The notes beneath the pieces are model-generated. The model saw only the letters and a program-made list of their open reading frames with translations. It did no database searches and was not told the origin of the DNA. Source: Candidatus Flemingiibacterium sp. (GTDB lineage Bacteria > Bacillota > Clostridia > Oscillospirales > CAG-272). Taken from it: a stretch of DNA of 64,000 nucleotides. The stretch is from assembly GCA_045635785.1 (NCBI GenBank), contig JAZTWJ010000052.1, positions 541 to 64,540 on the forward strand. Reading direction: 5' to 3'. Within the stretch, counting starts at the first letter, position 1; every line of letters begins with the position of its first letter. The position numbers and the translations under genes are program-made. Of this stretch, positions 38,398 through 46,984 are shown one piece after another.

Positions 38398-39118
38398 ATT
38401 TATCGCCGCTTTTTGTCGGATCCTCTCGCAGAATCATCTGCAGTCTTTTGCAAATGAAGCCATGGCGGAGAAGTTTTTCACGCTGACCGAGCGCATGCTC
38501 GCCGTCAATGCCCATATGAATCTCACCGCCATCACCGATATGGAGGGCATCATTCTCAAGCACTACGCTGATTCGCTGACGGCTGCTCCCTACCTCGAAG
38601 AAGGCGCATCGCTGATCGACATCGGCTGTGGTGCCGGTTTTCCGTCTCTTCCCCTTGCCATCGCCCGTCACGATCTGCATATCACTGCGTTAGATTCCAC
38701 CGCCAAGCGCATCGCCTATATCCGCGAGACCGCGGAAATGTTGGAGCTCTCCAATATTACCTGCATGGCGGCAAGGGCAGAGGATGCGGCGTTTGATCCC
38801 AACCTGCGCGAACGTTTCGACATTTCCTGCGCCAGAGCGGTGGCGAGACTGAATGTTTTATGCGAGCTTTGCCTTCCCTTTGTCAAAACAGGCGGCAAAT
38901 TCATTGCCATGAAGGCAAACGCAGGCGAGGAGCTTGCAGAGGCAAAGGTCGCCATCAGCAAGCTTGGCGGTCGTCTTCGTTCCGCAAACAGCTTTGCGCT
39001 TATTTCCGAAACGGATGGAGAAGAAAATCCCAGACAGATCATTGTAATTGAGAAAATTTCCCAGCTCTCCCAAATTTATCCGCGAAATTACTCCCAAATC
39101 AAGAAAAAACCCCTGTAA
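38384..39118 (+). CDS. rsmG: 16S rRNA (guanine527-N7)-methyltransferase RsmG (GidB)
   Basis: NLTAI..MEGI..KH..DSL, SAM motif [21 protein letters not shown]. The start overlaps the mnmG 3' end by 14 nt. Confidence 0.92.
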   Translation: MEKHEFIAAFCRILSQNHLQSFANEAMAEKFFTLTERMLAVNAHMNLTAITDMEGIILKHYADSLTAAPYLEEGASLIDIGCGAGFPSLPLAIARHDLHITALDSTAKRIAYIRETAEMLELSNITCMAARAEDAAFDPNLRERFDISCARAVARLNVLCELCLPFVKTGGKFIAMKANAGEELAEAKVAISKLGGRLRSANSFALISETDGEENPRQIIVIEKISQLSQIYPRNYSQIKKKPL

Positions 39119-39144
39119 TCGGCATCAATCGTGCCCGATTTGAC

Positions 39145-39180
39145 AACCCGTCGAATTTTTCGACGGGTTTTATTATTTTT
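39145..39180 (+). terminator. intrinsic terminator after rsmG
   Basis: Stem AACCCGTCG/CGACGGGTT at 39145-39169 followed by TTATTATTTTT. Confidence 0.85.
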
Positions 39181-39200
39181 CCGCATACAAAATTCGCCCT

Positions 39201-39229
39201 TTGCGCGCAGGCATCTGTGGTATCATAAT
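39201..39229 (+). promoter_or_regulatory. putative sigma-A promoter of the noc-like gene
   Basis: TTGCGC (39201-39206), 17-nt spacer, CATAAT (39224-39229). Confidence 0.4.
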
Positions 39230-39322
39230 ATCAACAGAGCAAGAAATTGCAAATCGAGGACGAAAAATCGCGCCCGATCAGGGCAGAAAGGAAGACTTGC
39301 TGCGCAAGTCATGGTCATAACG

Positions 39323-40261
39323 ATGACATCCATCGGATTATTCAAAAGCCAAGCAAAACGTGAAATCGAGGCAGAGCGCGAGCGACTTCGCCGTTCGTGG
39401 ATCGAATTGGAGGAACGCGAAAAAATCTACCGTCAAAATGAAGAATTCGGGCGCATTCACATGATCCCCACCGAGCGCATCATCGCCAATCCCAATCAGC
39501 CGCGCAAGCAGTTTGAGGATGAATCCATCATCGGATTGGCAGACAGCATCCGCATCTACGGCATTTTACAGCCGCTGACCGTGCGAAAGGTGGAGAATGC
39601 GAACGCCTACGGCCCGATTTTTGAAATCATCGCAGGAGAAAGACGCTTTCGCGCGGCGAAAATGATCGGATTTGCCGCTATTCCCTGCATTCTTGTCAAC
39701 GCAGACAGCAAAAAATCCGCGGAGTTAGCCATTATTGAAAATCTCCAGCGCGAGAATCTCAACATTTTTGAGCAAGCAGGCGCCATTGCCTCGCTGATTG
39801 ATATGTACAAGCTTACGCAAGAGGAAGTTGCCCGACAACTGTCGATCAGCCAATCCTTTGTAGCGAACAAGCTCCGCATTCTTCGTCTGACTATGGCGGA
39901 GCGAGAAAAGATTCTTTCCTACGGGCTGACCGAACGGCACGCCCGCGCGCTACTGAAGGTCGGCTCCGTGGATCAGCGGCTCCGCATCATCGACTATATA
40001 CACGCGCACAATCTGAATGTGGCAACCACCGAAGCCTATATTGAACGCTTTCTCAGTCAAAATGCAAATGAAAAAAGGGAGCCTTCCCAGCGCAAACTCA
40101 TTCTGAAGGATATACGCATGTTTTATAATTCCATTGACAAGGCGGTTTCCCTTGTCCGTCAGGCAGGCATCGCCGCCCAAAGCGAACGTTTTGAGGAGGA
40201 TGACATGATCACGCTCACCATCCGCATCCCCGTAGCCGAAGCGGCGCAAAAAACGTCGTAA
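39323..40261 (+). CDS. noc: ParB/Noc-family protein (nucleoid occlusion-like paralog)
   Basis: ParB box motifs QPRKQFEDESI..LA.SI...GILQPL.VR and IIAGERRFRAAK, followed by an HTH (TQEEVARQLSISQSFVANKLR). The N-terminal MTSIGLFKS could be amphipathic, like the Noc membrane helix. Start is either ATG 39311 or ATG 39323. The tracked start at 39131 runs through a terminator and a promoter. Confidence 0.85.
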   Translation: MTSIGLFKSQAKREIEAERERLRRSWIELEEREKIYRQNEEFGRIHMIPTERIIANPNQPRKQFEDESIIGLADSIRIYGILQPLTVRKVENANAYGPIFEIIAGERRFRAAKMIGFAAIPCILVNADSKKSAELAIIENLQRENLNIFEQAGAIASLIDMYKLTQEEVARQLSISQSFVANKLRILRLTMAEREKILSYGLTERHARALLKVGSVDQRLRIIDYIHAHNLNVATTEAYIERFLSQNANEKREPSQRKLILKDIRMFYNSIDKAVSLVRQAGIAAQSERFEEDDMITLTIRIPVAEAAQKTS

Positions 40262-40277
40262 TGTTTCACGTGAAACA
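40262..40277. promoter_or_regulatory. parS: parS centromere-like site (perfect consensus)
   Basis: TGTTTCACGTGAAACA, a 16/16 match to the Firmicute parS palindrome. It lies immediately after the noc-like stop codon and upstream of soj. Confidence 0.9.
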
Positions 40278-40316
40278 TCATTCGACAGAATTCGAAGGAG
40301 TATTTACAAAATATCA

Positions 40317-40345
40317 TTGACTTTTTCCGCTTTTGCTGATATAAT
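40317..40345 (+). promoter_or_regulatory. putative sigma-A promoter of soj-spo0J(-serS)
   Basis: TTGACT (40317-40322), 17-nt spacer, TATAAT (40340-40345). Confidence 0.6.
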
Positions 40346-40393
40346 AGAATGGTAGAGATTTTCTGCATATTTCGATTAAACCGGAGGCGGGCA

Positions 40394-41155
40394 ATGGCAT
40401 ACACAATTTCTCTTGCAAATCAAAAGGGCGGTGTCGGAAAGACCACCTCCGCCGTCAATTGCGCCGCCGCCATGGGCGCGCTTGGCAAGCGCGTACTTCT
40501 CGTTGACTTCGATCCACAAGGAAACGCATCCAGCGGTGTGGGAATCCAGCGCAAAAAGATCAGCTATTCTACCTACGATCTGATCATTGGTCGAGCAAAG
40601 GCTTTAGAAGCGATCATTGACACGGGCTTTCAGAATCTTTCGGCTATTCCCGCGGAAATATCGCTGACGGGCGCCGAATTTGAGCTTGTGGACGTGGAAA
40701 ACCGCGAGCTTCTTTTGAAAAACGCTCTCGCGGAGGTCGAGGATCAATATGACTACATCTTTATAGATTGTCCTCCGTCCCTCGGCATTCTATCCATCAA
40801 TGCGCTTGCCGCCAGCAACGGCATCATCATCCCAATGCAGTGCGAATTTTATTCGCTTGAGGGACTGTCTCAACTGATGCTCACCATCAAGCAGATCAAA
40901 AAACTCTACAATCCCACCATGGAGATTACCGGCATACTGATCACCATGTATAACGGCAGACTCAATCTCTCCATGCAGGTGCTGGACGAGCTGAAGAAAT
41001 ATTACGCAGACAAGCTGTTCAAAACAGGCGTTGTTCGCAATGTCCGGCTTTCGGAAGCGCCCAGCTACGGCGAACCGATTCTCTATTATGATAAGCATTC
41101 CAAGGGCGCGCAGGCTTACCTTGAAATTGCAAAAGAGATCATAGAACGAACATAA
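40394..41155 (+). CDS. soj: chromosome partitioning ATPase ParA/Soj
   Basis: MAYTISLANQKGGVGKTTSAVN deviant Walker A, VLLVDFDPQGNAS, IFIDCPPSLG. GGAGG SD upstream. Confidence 0.95.
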   Translation: MAYTISLANQKGGVGKTTSAVNCAAAMGALGKRVLLVDFDPQGNASSGVGIQRKKISYSTYDLIIGRAKALEAIIDTGFQNLSAIPAEISLTGAEFELVDVENRELLLKNALAEVEDQYDYIFIDCPPSLGILSINALAASNGIIIPMQCEFYSLEGLSQLMLTIKQIKKLYNPTMEITGILITMYNGRLNLSMQVLDELKKYYADKLFKTGVVRNVRLSEAPSYGEPILYYDKHSKGAQAYLEIAKEIIERT

Positions 41156-41185
41156 AAGCCAAAATATACAACGGAAGTGAAGCAA

Positions 41186-42076
41186 ATGAAGAAAAAACAA
41201 GCGCTCGGACGCGGAATTGACGCGATCTTTCTTGACAATTCGCTTGAAACACAGGAAAAAACGCAGACGTTGAGCCTATCACAAATCGAACCGCGGCAAG
41301 GACAGCCTCGTAAAAACTTCGATAGCGAAGCCCTTTCACAGCTGGCGGATTCCATCGCAGCGAACGGACTGATTCAACCGATCGTGGTTCGCAGTATTGA
41401 AAATTCGGACTTTTATCAGATCATCGCAGGCGAGCGCCGTTGGCGCGCATCCAAAATGGCAGGGCTGACCGAGGTTCCCGTGGTGATCCTTGATATTGAC
41501 GATCGAAAAACCTCTGAATTTGCGCTGATTGAAAACATCCAGCGCGAAGATCTGAGCCCCATCGAGGAGGCGCAGGGGTATTATTCTCTGATCCACGACT
41601 ATGATCTTACACAGGAGCAGGTCGCAAAGCAGGTCGGCAAAAGCCGCGCCACCATCACCAATGCGCTCCGCCTTTTGGAGCTTCCCGAAGATGTGCTTGC
41701 GCTCGTCTCCGACAAAACCCTGTCCGCAGGACATGCCCGTACGCTGCTTGGCATCAACGACAGATCGCGCATTTCCGAAGCCGCCGCATATGTAAGTGAG
41801 CATATGCTTTCCGTGCGCGCCACCGAGGAATATGTCAAAAAGCTCAATCTTCTGGCAACAGTTGCCAATGAAGAAGAAAACGAGTGCGACACGGCAGAGA
41901 AGTGCTACTATTCTTCGCTTGAGCAAAAAATCACGCAAGCCATCGGCTGCAAGGTTCGCATATCCCACTCAAACCGCAAAAAAACGCTGTCCATTTCCTA
42001 TAAGGACGCAGATGAGTTGGAGGAGCTGATCCGCAAGCTCGTTGGCGAAAACGAAGCGCAAAATCTGTTTGTATAA
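41186..42076 (+). CDS. spo0J: chromosome partitioning protein ParB/Spo0J
   Basis: LGRGIDAIF, QPRKNFDSEALSQLADSI..NGLIQPIVVR, IIAGERRWRASK, HTH TQEQVAKQVGKSRATITNALRLL. ATG 41186 is preferred; GTG 41177 is possible. Confidence 0.93.
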   Translation: MKKKQALGRGIDAIFLDNSLETQEKTQTLSLSQIEPRQGQPRKNFDSEALSQLADSIAANGLIQPIVVRSIENSDFYQIIAGERRWRASKMAGLTEVPVVILDIDDRKTSEFALIENIQREDLSPIEEAQGYYSLIHDYDLTQEQVAKQVGKSRATITNALRLLELPEDVLALVSDKTLSAGHARTLLGINDRSRISEAAAYVSEHMLSVRATEEYVKKLNLLATVANEEENECDTAEKCYYSSLEQKITQAIGCKVRISHSNRKKTLSISYKDADELEELIRKLVGENEAQNLFV

Positions 42077-42111
42077 TCTATATTTCACATACATAAGGGA
42101 GTTTTATAAAA

Positions 42112-43398
42112 ATGCTTGACATCAAATACATCAAAGAAAATACAGAAGAAGTCATTACACGATTTGCCAACAAGGGCAAGGATGCGCGCGAAGACATCGA
42201 AAAGATCCTGACGCTTGATACACAGCGCCGCACCATGATCTCCGAGACCGAAGCCCTCAAGGCAGAGCAGAACAAGGTCTCCAAATCCATTCCCATGCTC
42301 AAGAAGAATGGCGAGGATGTCACCCCCATTTTTGCACAGATGAAGGAGCTTTCCGAAAAGATCAAGGCGGACGACGAAAAACTGAAGCAGATCGAGGTCG
42401 AATACACGGGTCTCATGCTCAGCCTTCCCAATCTACCCGATCCCGATCTCAAGCCCGGCGGAAAGGAAAATAACGAGCCGCTTCGCTATTACGGCGAGCC
42501 CCACAAATTCGACTTTGAGCCGAAGAATCACGTGGATATCTGCACCGATCTCGGGCTCATTGACTACAAGCGCGGAGTTAAGCTGTCCGGAAACGGTTTC
42601 TGGATCTATCGCGGCATAGGCGCGCGCCTCGAATGGGCGCTGCTCAACTACTTTGTGGATACGCATATTGGCGACGGATACGAGCTTGTACTGGTGCCCC
42701 ATATGCTCGGCTACGAGTGCGGTCTGACCGCAGGTCAGTTCCCCAAGTTTGCAGATGATGTTTATTGGCTGGAGACTGCCGAGGATGAGCGCCGCCGTTT
42801 CATGCTTCCTACCGCAGAAACTGCGCTGGTAGCTTTGCATCGCGATGAGATCCTCACCGAAGCGGATCTTCCGAGAAAGTACATCAGCTACACGCCTTGC
42901 TTCCGCCGTGAGGCAGGCTCCTATCGTGCGGATGAACGCGGCATGGTCCGCGGACATCAGTTCAACAAGGTGGAAATGGTTCAGTATACGCGCCCTGAGG
43001 ATTCGGACGACGCATTTGCAGAGCTTGTCGGTAAGGCAGAAGCGCTTGTCAAGGGTCTTGGCTTCCTCTTCCGCACAGTCAAGCTTGCGGCGGAGGATTG
43101 CTCCGCTTCCATGGCGCGCACCTACGATATTGAGATCCACATTCCGTCCATGGATGGATATAAGGAAGTAAGCTCCGTTTCCAATGCCCGCGATTATCAG
43201 GCGCGACGCGGTCAGATGCGCTTCAAGCGCGAATCCACCGGCAAGATCGAATTCCTGCACACGCTCAACGGCTCCGGTCTTGCAACCAGCCGCATTCTGC
43301 CTGCAATTGTTGAGCAGAATCAGCAGGCGGACGGCAGCGTTGTGGTACCCGAAGTGCTTCGCAAGTACGTCGGTTGCGACATCATCAAGAAGCAGTAA
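42112..43398 (+). CDS. serS: serine--tRNA ligase
   Basis: 428 aa. MLDIKYIKEN coiled-coil arm and class II motifs (FRREAGS, GHQFNKVEMV, TLNGSGLATSR). It starts only 35 nt after spo0J. Confidence 0.96.
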   Translation: MLDIKYIKENTEEVITRFANKGKDAREDIEKILTLDTQRRTMISETEALKAEQNKVSKSIPMLKKNGEDVTPIFAQMKELSEKIKADDEKLKQIEVEYTGLMLSLPNLPDPDLKPGGKENNEPLRYYGEPHKFDFEPKNHVDICTDLGLIDYKRGVKLSGNGFWIYRGIGARLEWALLNYFVDTHIGDGYELVLVPHMLGYECGLTAGQFPKFADDVYWLETAEDERRRFMLPTAETALVALHRDEILTEADLPRKYISYTPCFRREAGSYRADERGMVRGHQFNKVEMVQYTRPEDSDDAFAELVGKAEALVKGLGFLFRTVKLAAEDCSASMARTYDIEIHIPSMDGYKEVSSVSNARDYQARRGQMRFKRESTGKIEFLHTLNGSGLATSRILPAIVEQNQQADGSVVVPEVLRKYVGCDIIKKQ

Positions 43399-43462
43399 CC
43401 TGCCGAATTTTTCAAAAGAAGAATTTCGGCAAATGTAAAACATATCGAAAGGAGGTTTTTCG

Positions 43463-44011
43463 GTGGAGTTCTTTGAAGCGTTATGGAATGACCTCATGGA
43501 AATCTGTGGGGATACCATCACTCTCGGGGATCAGCCCGTTACGACTCTCAACATCATCATTTGGTCGCTTTTTATCGGCTTTATGATCGGAATCGGCGTC
43601 ACCTTATACAATAAATTTGTGCTTGGCTCCTTGATCAGAGGATTGATCGAGCGCGGCGCACATACCGCAGATGCGGCATTGACCGCCACGGAAATCGGCT
43701 GTGCAAACCCGTTTGTTCGGTTTGCCATGCGAAAAAACAGCTCGCTTCGCCGCATTGTGCATGTCAAAGGCGAATCGGATGCCAAAGAATTCAAATACAG
43801 CTTCCAAACGGCACAATTCTTCATTCCGGACGAGATGGTACACCGTGCAGAGCTGGTCTACGGAAACGCGGGAACCAGCGTGCTTTCCGTACTGCTCGCC
43901 GTGCTTGCCTTTCTTGTAGTGGCGCTTGTATCGTTCATCGTGGTGCCCGATCTCATTCAGATGCTGAATAATTTCATAAACGGGATCAAACCCCCGAGCA
44001 ATATACTCTAA
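43463..44011 (+). CDS. hypothetical membrane protein
   Basis: GTG start 6 nt after AGGAGG. Two predicted TM helices (IIIWSLFIGFMIGIGV; VLSVLLAVLAFLVVALVSFIVV). No recognisable family. Confidence 0.6.
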   Translation: MEFFEALWNDLMEICGDTITLGDQPVTTLNIIIWSLFIGFMIGIGVTLYNKFVLGSLIRGLIERGAHTADAALTATEIGCANPFVRFAMRKNSSLRRIVHVKGESDAKEFKYSFQTAQFFIPDEMVHRAELVYGNAGTSVLSVLLAVLAFLVVALVSFIVVPDLIQMLNNFINGIKPPSNIL

Positions 44012-44031
44012 TTTCGGAGAAAAGATAACAT

Positions 44032-44865
44032 ATGAATTACGAACAGACTAACAAACGGGTGCGCCGTACGCGCAGTACCTTCAGTATTATGCTGACCATT
44101 CTGATCATCGCCGCCATTGCGGTGGGCATCGTTGCGGCATGCATATATTTTTCCGGCATCCGATATATCAAGATCAATACGGAAGACGGCGGTACGGTCA
44201 AATATTTCGGCATCGTCGATGAGGACGGCGATCCTTTAACGGGTCAGCTGTACTATTCCGACGGCGTTGTCGCAGAAGTTGACATGGAAAAGAAGTCCGT
44301 TATTTATTCAAACGGCGATGTTTACGAGGGCGAGCTGAAGGAATTGAGCCGCAGCGGTAAAGGCAAGCTGCTCTATGCCTCGGGCGACATCTACGAGGGC
44401 GACTTCGTTCAGGATCAGATCACCGGCTATGGCGTGTATACCTTCTCCAACGGCGATATTTATGAGGGGTATCTTGTGAATGGCATGAAGGAAGGCGAGG
44501 GCACTTATACTTGGGCGGACGGCTCGGTCTATACCGGCTTGTTTCAGAACGACATGAAGAACGGCGCGGGTGTTTACAAATGGGCGGATGGCTCCACCTA
44601 TGAAGGCACCTATGTGAATGAGCTCAAGGAAGGAAAAGGAACCTTTATTTTCCCCAACGGCGACCGCTACGTCGGTGATTTCGCCGCGGATGTCCGCACA
44701 GGCAATGGCACCTACACATGGGCAAACGGAGACACCTACGAGGGTGAGTTCAAGGATAATAAAATGCACGGCAAGGGCAAATATACATGGCCCAGCGGAC
44801 GCACCTTTGAGGGCGAATTTTCCGACGGAAAGATCGTTCGCAAGCAAGAAACAACCGAACAGTAG
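44032..44865 (+). CDS. membrane-anchored MORN-repeat protein
   Basis: N-terminal TM helix followed by about 8 tandem 23-aa Y.NGD.YEG....G...G.G.Y. (MORN) units. Confidence 0.85.
   Translation: MNYEQTNKRVRRTRSTFSIMLTILIIAAIAVGIVAACIYFSGIRYIKINTEDGGTVKYFGIVDEDGDPLTGQLYYSDGVVAEVDMEKKSVIYSNGDVYEGELKELSRSGKGKLLYASGDIYEGDFVQDQITGYGVYTFSNGDIYEGYLVNGMKEGEGTYTWADGSVYTGLFQNDMKNGAGVYKWADGSTYEGTYVNELKEGKGTFIFPNGDRYVGDFAADVRTGNGTYTWANGDTYEGEFKDNKMHGKGKYTWPSGRTFEGEFSDGKIVRKQETTEQ
44305..44847 (+). repeat. tandem 69-nt (23-codon) MORN coding repeats inside the gene at 44032-44865
   Basis: Protein-level periodicity: YSNGDVYEGE.., YASGDIYEGD.., FSNGDIYEGY.., WADGSVYTGL.., WADGSTYEGT.., FPNGDRYVGD.., WANGDTYEGE.., WPSGRTFEGE... 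Confidence 0.6.
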
Positions 44866-44910
44866 GAAAAAACAGCTTCTGCCAATGATTCTGCAGAAGC
44901 TGTTTTTGGT
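44866..44910. terminator. intrinsic terminator after the MORN gene (A-tract/hairpin/T-tract, potentially bidirectional)
   Basis: 12-bp stem AACAGCTTCTGC/GCAGAAGCTGTT at 44871-44904, with GAAAAA 5' and TTTGG 3'. Confidence 0.8.
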
Positions 44911-44954
44911 TATATTTGTTATTATTGCCATTATATGGCATCTTCGCTTCCAAT

Positions 44955-44992
44955 CGGCAAAACAGTAAGCCGCCCAATAAAATGGGCGGCTT
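44955..44992 (-). terminator. intrinsic terminator after pgsA
   Basis: Stem AAGCCGCCC/GGGCGGCTT at 44967-44992. On the minus strand it is followed by ACTGTTTTGCC. Confidence 0.7.
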
Positions 44993-44996
44993 GATT

Positions 44997-45563
44997 TTAT
45001 TTCGTGGGATCGAGGAACTGCCAATAGGTTTTCATATAGTCGATGCCCGACCATACCGTCATGACCGTCATCGCCGCGATGGTGATATAGCTGAGGATAT
45101 AGCCACCGGAGGGCAGAATGACAGGCTCAAGCAAGATAACAACAATACAAACGATCTGCGTCACGGTCTTGACCTTGCCCAGCCATGCCGCCGCCACGAC
45201 CTTACCTGCTCCGCTTGAAAGGATCAGACGCATGGAGGTGATCGCCAGCTCGCGGAAAATGACGATTAGAGCCGCCCAAATAAAGACAGGGCGAAGATCC
45301 TCGTATTTGTAAAGAATGGCAAGCATGGCGCCAAACACCATAAACTTATCCGCAAGCGGATCAATAAATTTACCGAAATCCGTGATCAAGTTGAACTTTC
45401 TTGCAATCATTCCGTCGAGAAAGTCGGTAAATGCGGTGAGGATAAAGATCGCTGCACCAAGGATCCGTGACCATGTATCGGGCAGGAAGGGCAGTACAAT
45501 TACCGCCACAAAAATCGGCACCATAATCACACGTATGAGTGAGAGCTTATTTGGAAGATTCAT
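44997..45563 (-). CDS. pgsA: CDP-diacylglycerol--glycerol-3-phosphate 3-phosphatidyltransferase
   Basis: NLPNKLSLIRV, CDP-alcohol phosphotransferase motif DFLDG..AR......G...DP.ADK. Start placed at MNLPNK. Confidence 0.9.
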   Translation of the reverse strand: MNLPNKLSLIRVIMVPIFVAVIVLPFLPDTWSRILGAAIFILTAFTDFLDGMIARKFNLITDFGKFIDPLADKFMVFGAMLAILYKYEDLRPVFIWAALIVIFRELAITSMRLILSSGAGKVVAAAWLGKVKTVTQIVCIVVILLEPVILPSGGYILSYITIAAMTVMTVWSGIDYMKTYWQFLDPTK

Positions 45564-45640
45564 TATCAGACCATGGCTTTCGCCGCGCGAAAGCACCCTT
45601 TCCGCCCAAATGGGCATGGTTTTTACCGTAAGTTTTCGCC

Positions 45641-46984
45641 TTAGGAGATCTTGTCTCCGATAAGATCATAATCCAACGCCTCGGTTATCTTAACCTCGAC
45701 AAAATCGCCGCTTTCCACGCTCTTTTTCGGTGCGCGGAAGTAAACCTTGCCGTCGATCTCCGGCGCATCGTTTGCACTTCTGCCGTAGTAGGTTTCGGAT
45801 ACCGGATCGTAATCCTCGCAGAGGACGGTCAGCGTTCTGCCGATCATGGCATCATTCTGCTCCTCGGTGATGTCTCCCTGGGTTCGCATGATGATGTCAT
45901 AGCGGTCCTGCTTGATCTGCTCGTCGATCTGATCGTCAAAATCGTATGCGGGGGTATCCTCCTCACGGGAATAGGTGAACGCGCCGAGTCGATCGAAGCG
46001 TGCCTCCTTGACAAATGCACACAGTTCAGTAAAATCCTCCTCCGTTTCGCCGGGGAAGCCCACGATCACGGTGGTGCGAATGATCATCTCGGGAACATTG
46101 TCGCGCAGTTTTTTGACCACAGAACGGATCAGCGCGCCATCGCCGTGACGGTTCATGGCGCTCAGCATGTGGTCGGAAATGTGCTGGATCGGCATGTCGA
46201 TATATTTGAGCACGCGCGGATTCGTTTTGAATACCTCCACCAGCTCGTCGGTGATCTTATCGGGATAGCAGTACAGCACGCGGATCCACGGGATTGTGGT
46301 TTCCTCGGTGATGCGGCTGAGAAGCTCCGCTAACTTAAATTCGCCGTAAAGATCCTCGCCATAGCGGGTGGTATCCTGCGCCACAAGCACAAGCTCCTTC
46401 ACGCCAAGTGCCTCCATGGTTTTTGCCTCATCTATCAGTTCCTCCATGGGGCGGCTGCGGAATTTTCCGCGGATCGACGGAATCGCGCAGTAACTGCAGC
46501 AGTTGTCACAACCCTCGGCAATCTTCAGATAAGCATAATACTCGGGCGTGGTAACAATGCGCTCACCGCCAAGTTTTACCGTGTTTTTATCCTCGTAAGA
46601 AGAATATTTTTCCCCGTTGACAGCCGCGCGGACGGCTTCGGCAATGTTGTGGATACTGCCCACACCGAGGATCGCATCCACCTCGGGAAGCTGATCGAAA
46701 ATCGCATCGCGATACCGCTCGGCAAGGCATCCCGTAACAACGATCGCTTTCAGCGTGCGGTTTTTCTTCAGCCAGCCGATGTCAATGATGTTGTCAATGG
46801 CTTCCTGTTTTGCGCTCTCGATAAATGCGCAGGTATTGACAACGATAACATCTGCGTCAATATCCTCGGAGACGATTTCAAAGCCGGCTTCATATAACTC
46901 GTGCAGCATGACCTCTGTGTCAAGCTGATTTTTCGGGCAGCCCAGAGAGACAAACCCTACCTTGATTTTATTACTCATATTCAT
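45641..46984 (-). CDS. rimO: ribosomal protein S12 methylthiotransferase
   Basis: UPF0004 N-domain VSLGCPKNQLDTE, radical-SAM CDNCCSYCAIP, C-terminal TRAM domain. The start (ATGAATATGAGTAA) overlaps the recX stop. The tracked 566-aa ORF extends spuriously into recX. Confidence 0.93.
   Translation of the reverse strand: MNMSNKIKVGFVSLGCPKNQLDTEVMLHELYEAGFEIVSEDIDADVIVVNTCAFIESAKQEAIDNIIDIGWLKKNRTLKAIVVTGCLAERYRDAIFDQLPEVDAILGVGSIHNIAEAVRAAVNGEKYSSYEDKNTVKLGGERIVTTPEYYAYLKIAEGCDNCCSYCAIPSIRGKFRSRPMEELIDEAKTMEALGVKELVLVAQDTTRYGEDLYGEFKLAELLSRITEETTIPWIRVLYCYPDKITDELVEVFKTNPRVLKYIDMPIQHISDHMLSAMNRHGDGALIRSVVKKLRDNVPEMIIRTTVIVGFPGETEEDFTELCAFVKEARFDRLGAFTYSREEDTPAYDFDDQIDEQIKQDRYDIIMRTQGDITEEQNDAMIGRTLTVLCEDYDPVSETYYGRSANDAPEIDGKVYFRAPKKSVESGDFVEVKITEALDYDLIGDKIS

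Noticed and set aside
39131-39310. Upstream extension of the noc-like ORF (tracked start 39131)
   Set aside because: It would be translated through the rsmG terminator hairpin (39145-39180) and a promoter-like sequence. The peptide is Arg-rich nonsense. ParB homology begins only after 39323.
40281-40297. Perfect Spo0A-box heptamer TTCGACA (reverse complement of TGTCGAA), followed by TTCGAAG, about 30 bp upstream of the soj -35
   Set aside because: A given 7-mer is expected about 8 times by chance in 64 kb on two strands. With no supporting second perfect box or conservation data it remains only a possibility.
42077-42111. Looked for a T-box leader upstream of serS
   Set aside because: Only 35 nt separate spo0J and serS, leaving no room for a specifier or antiterminator structure. 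serS appears to be read through from soj-spo0J.
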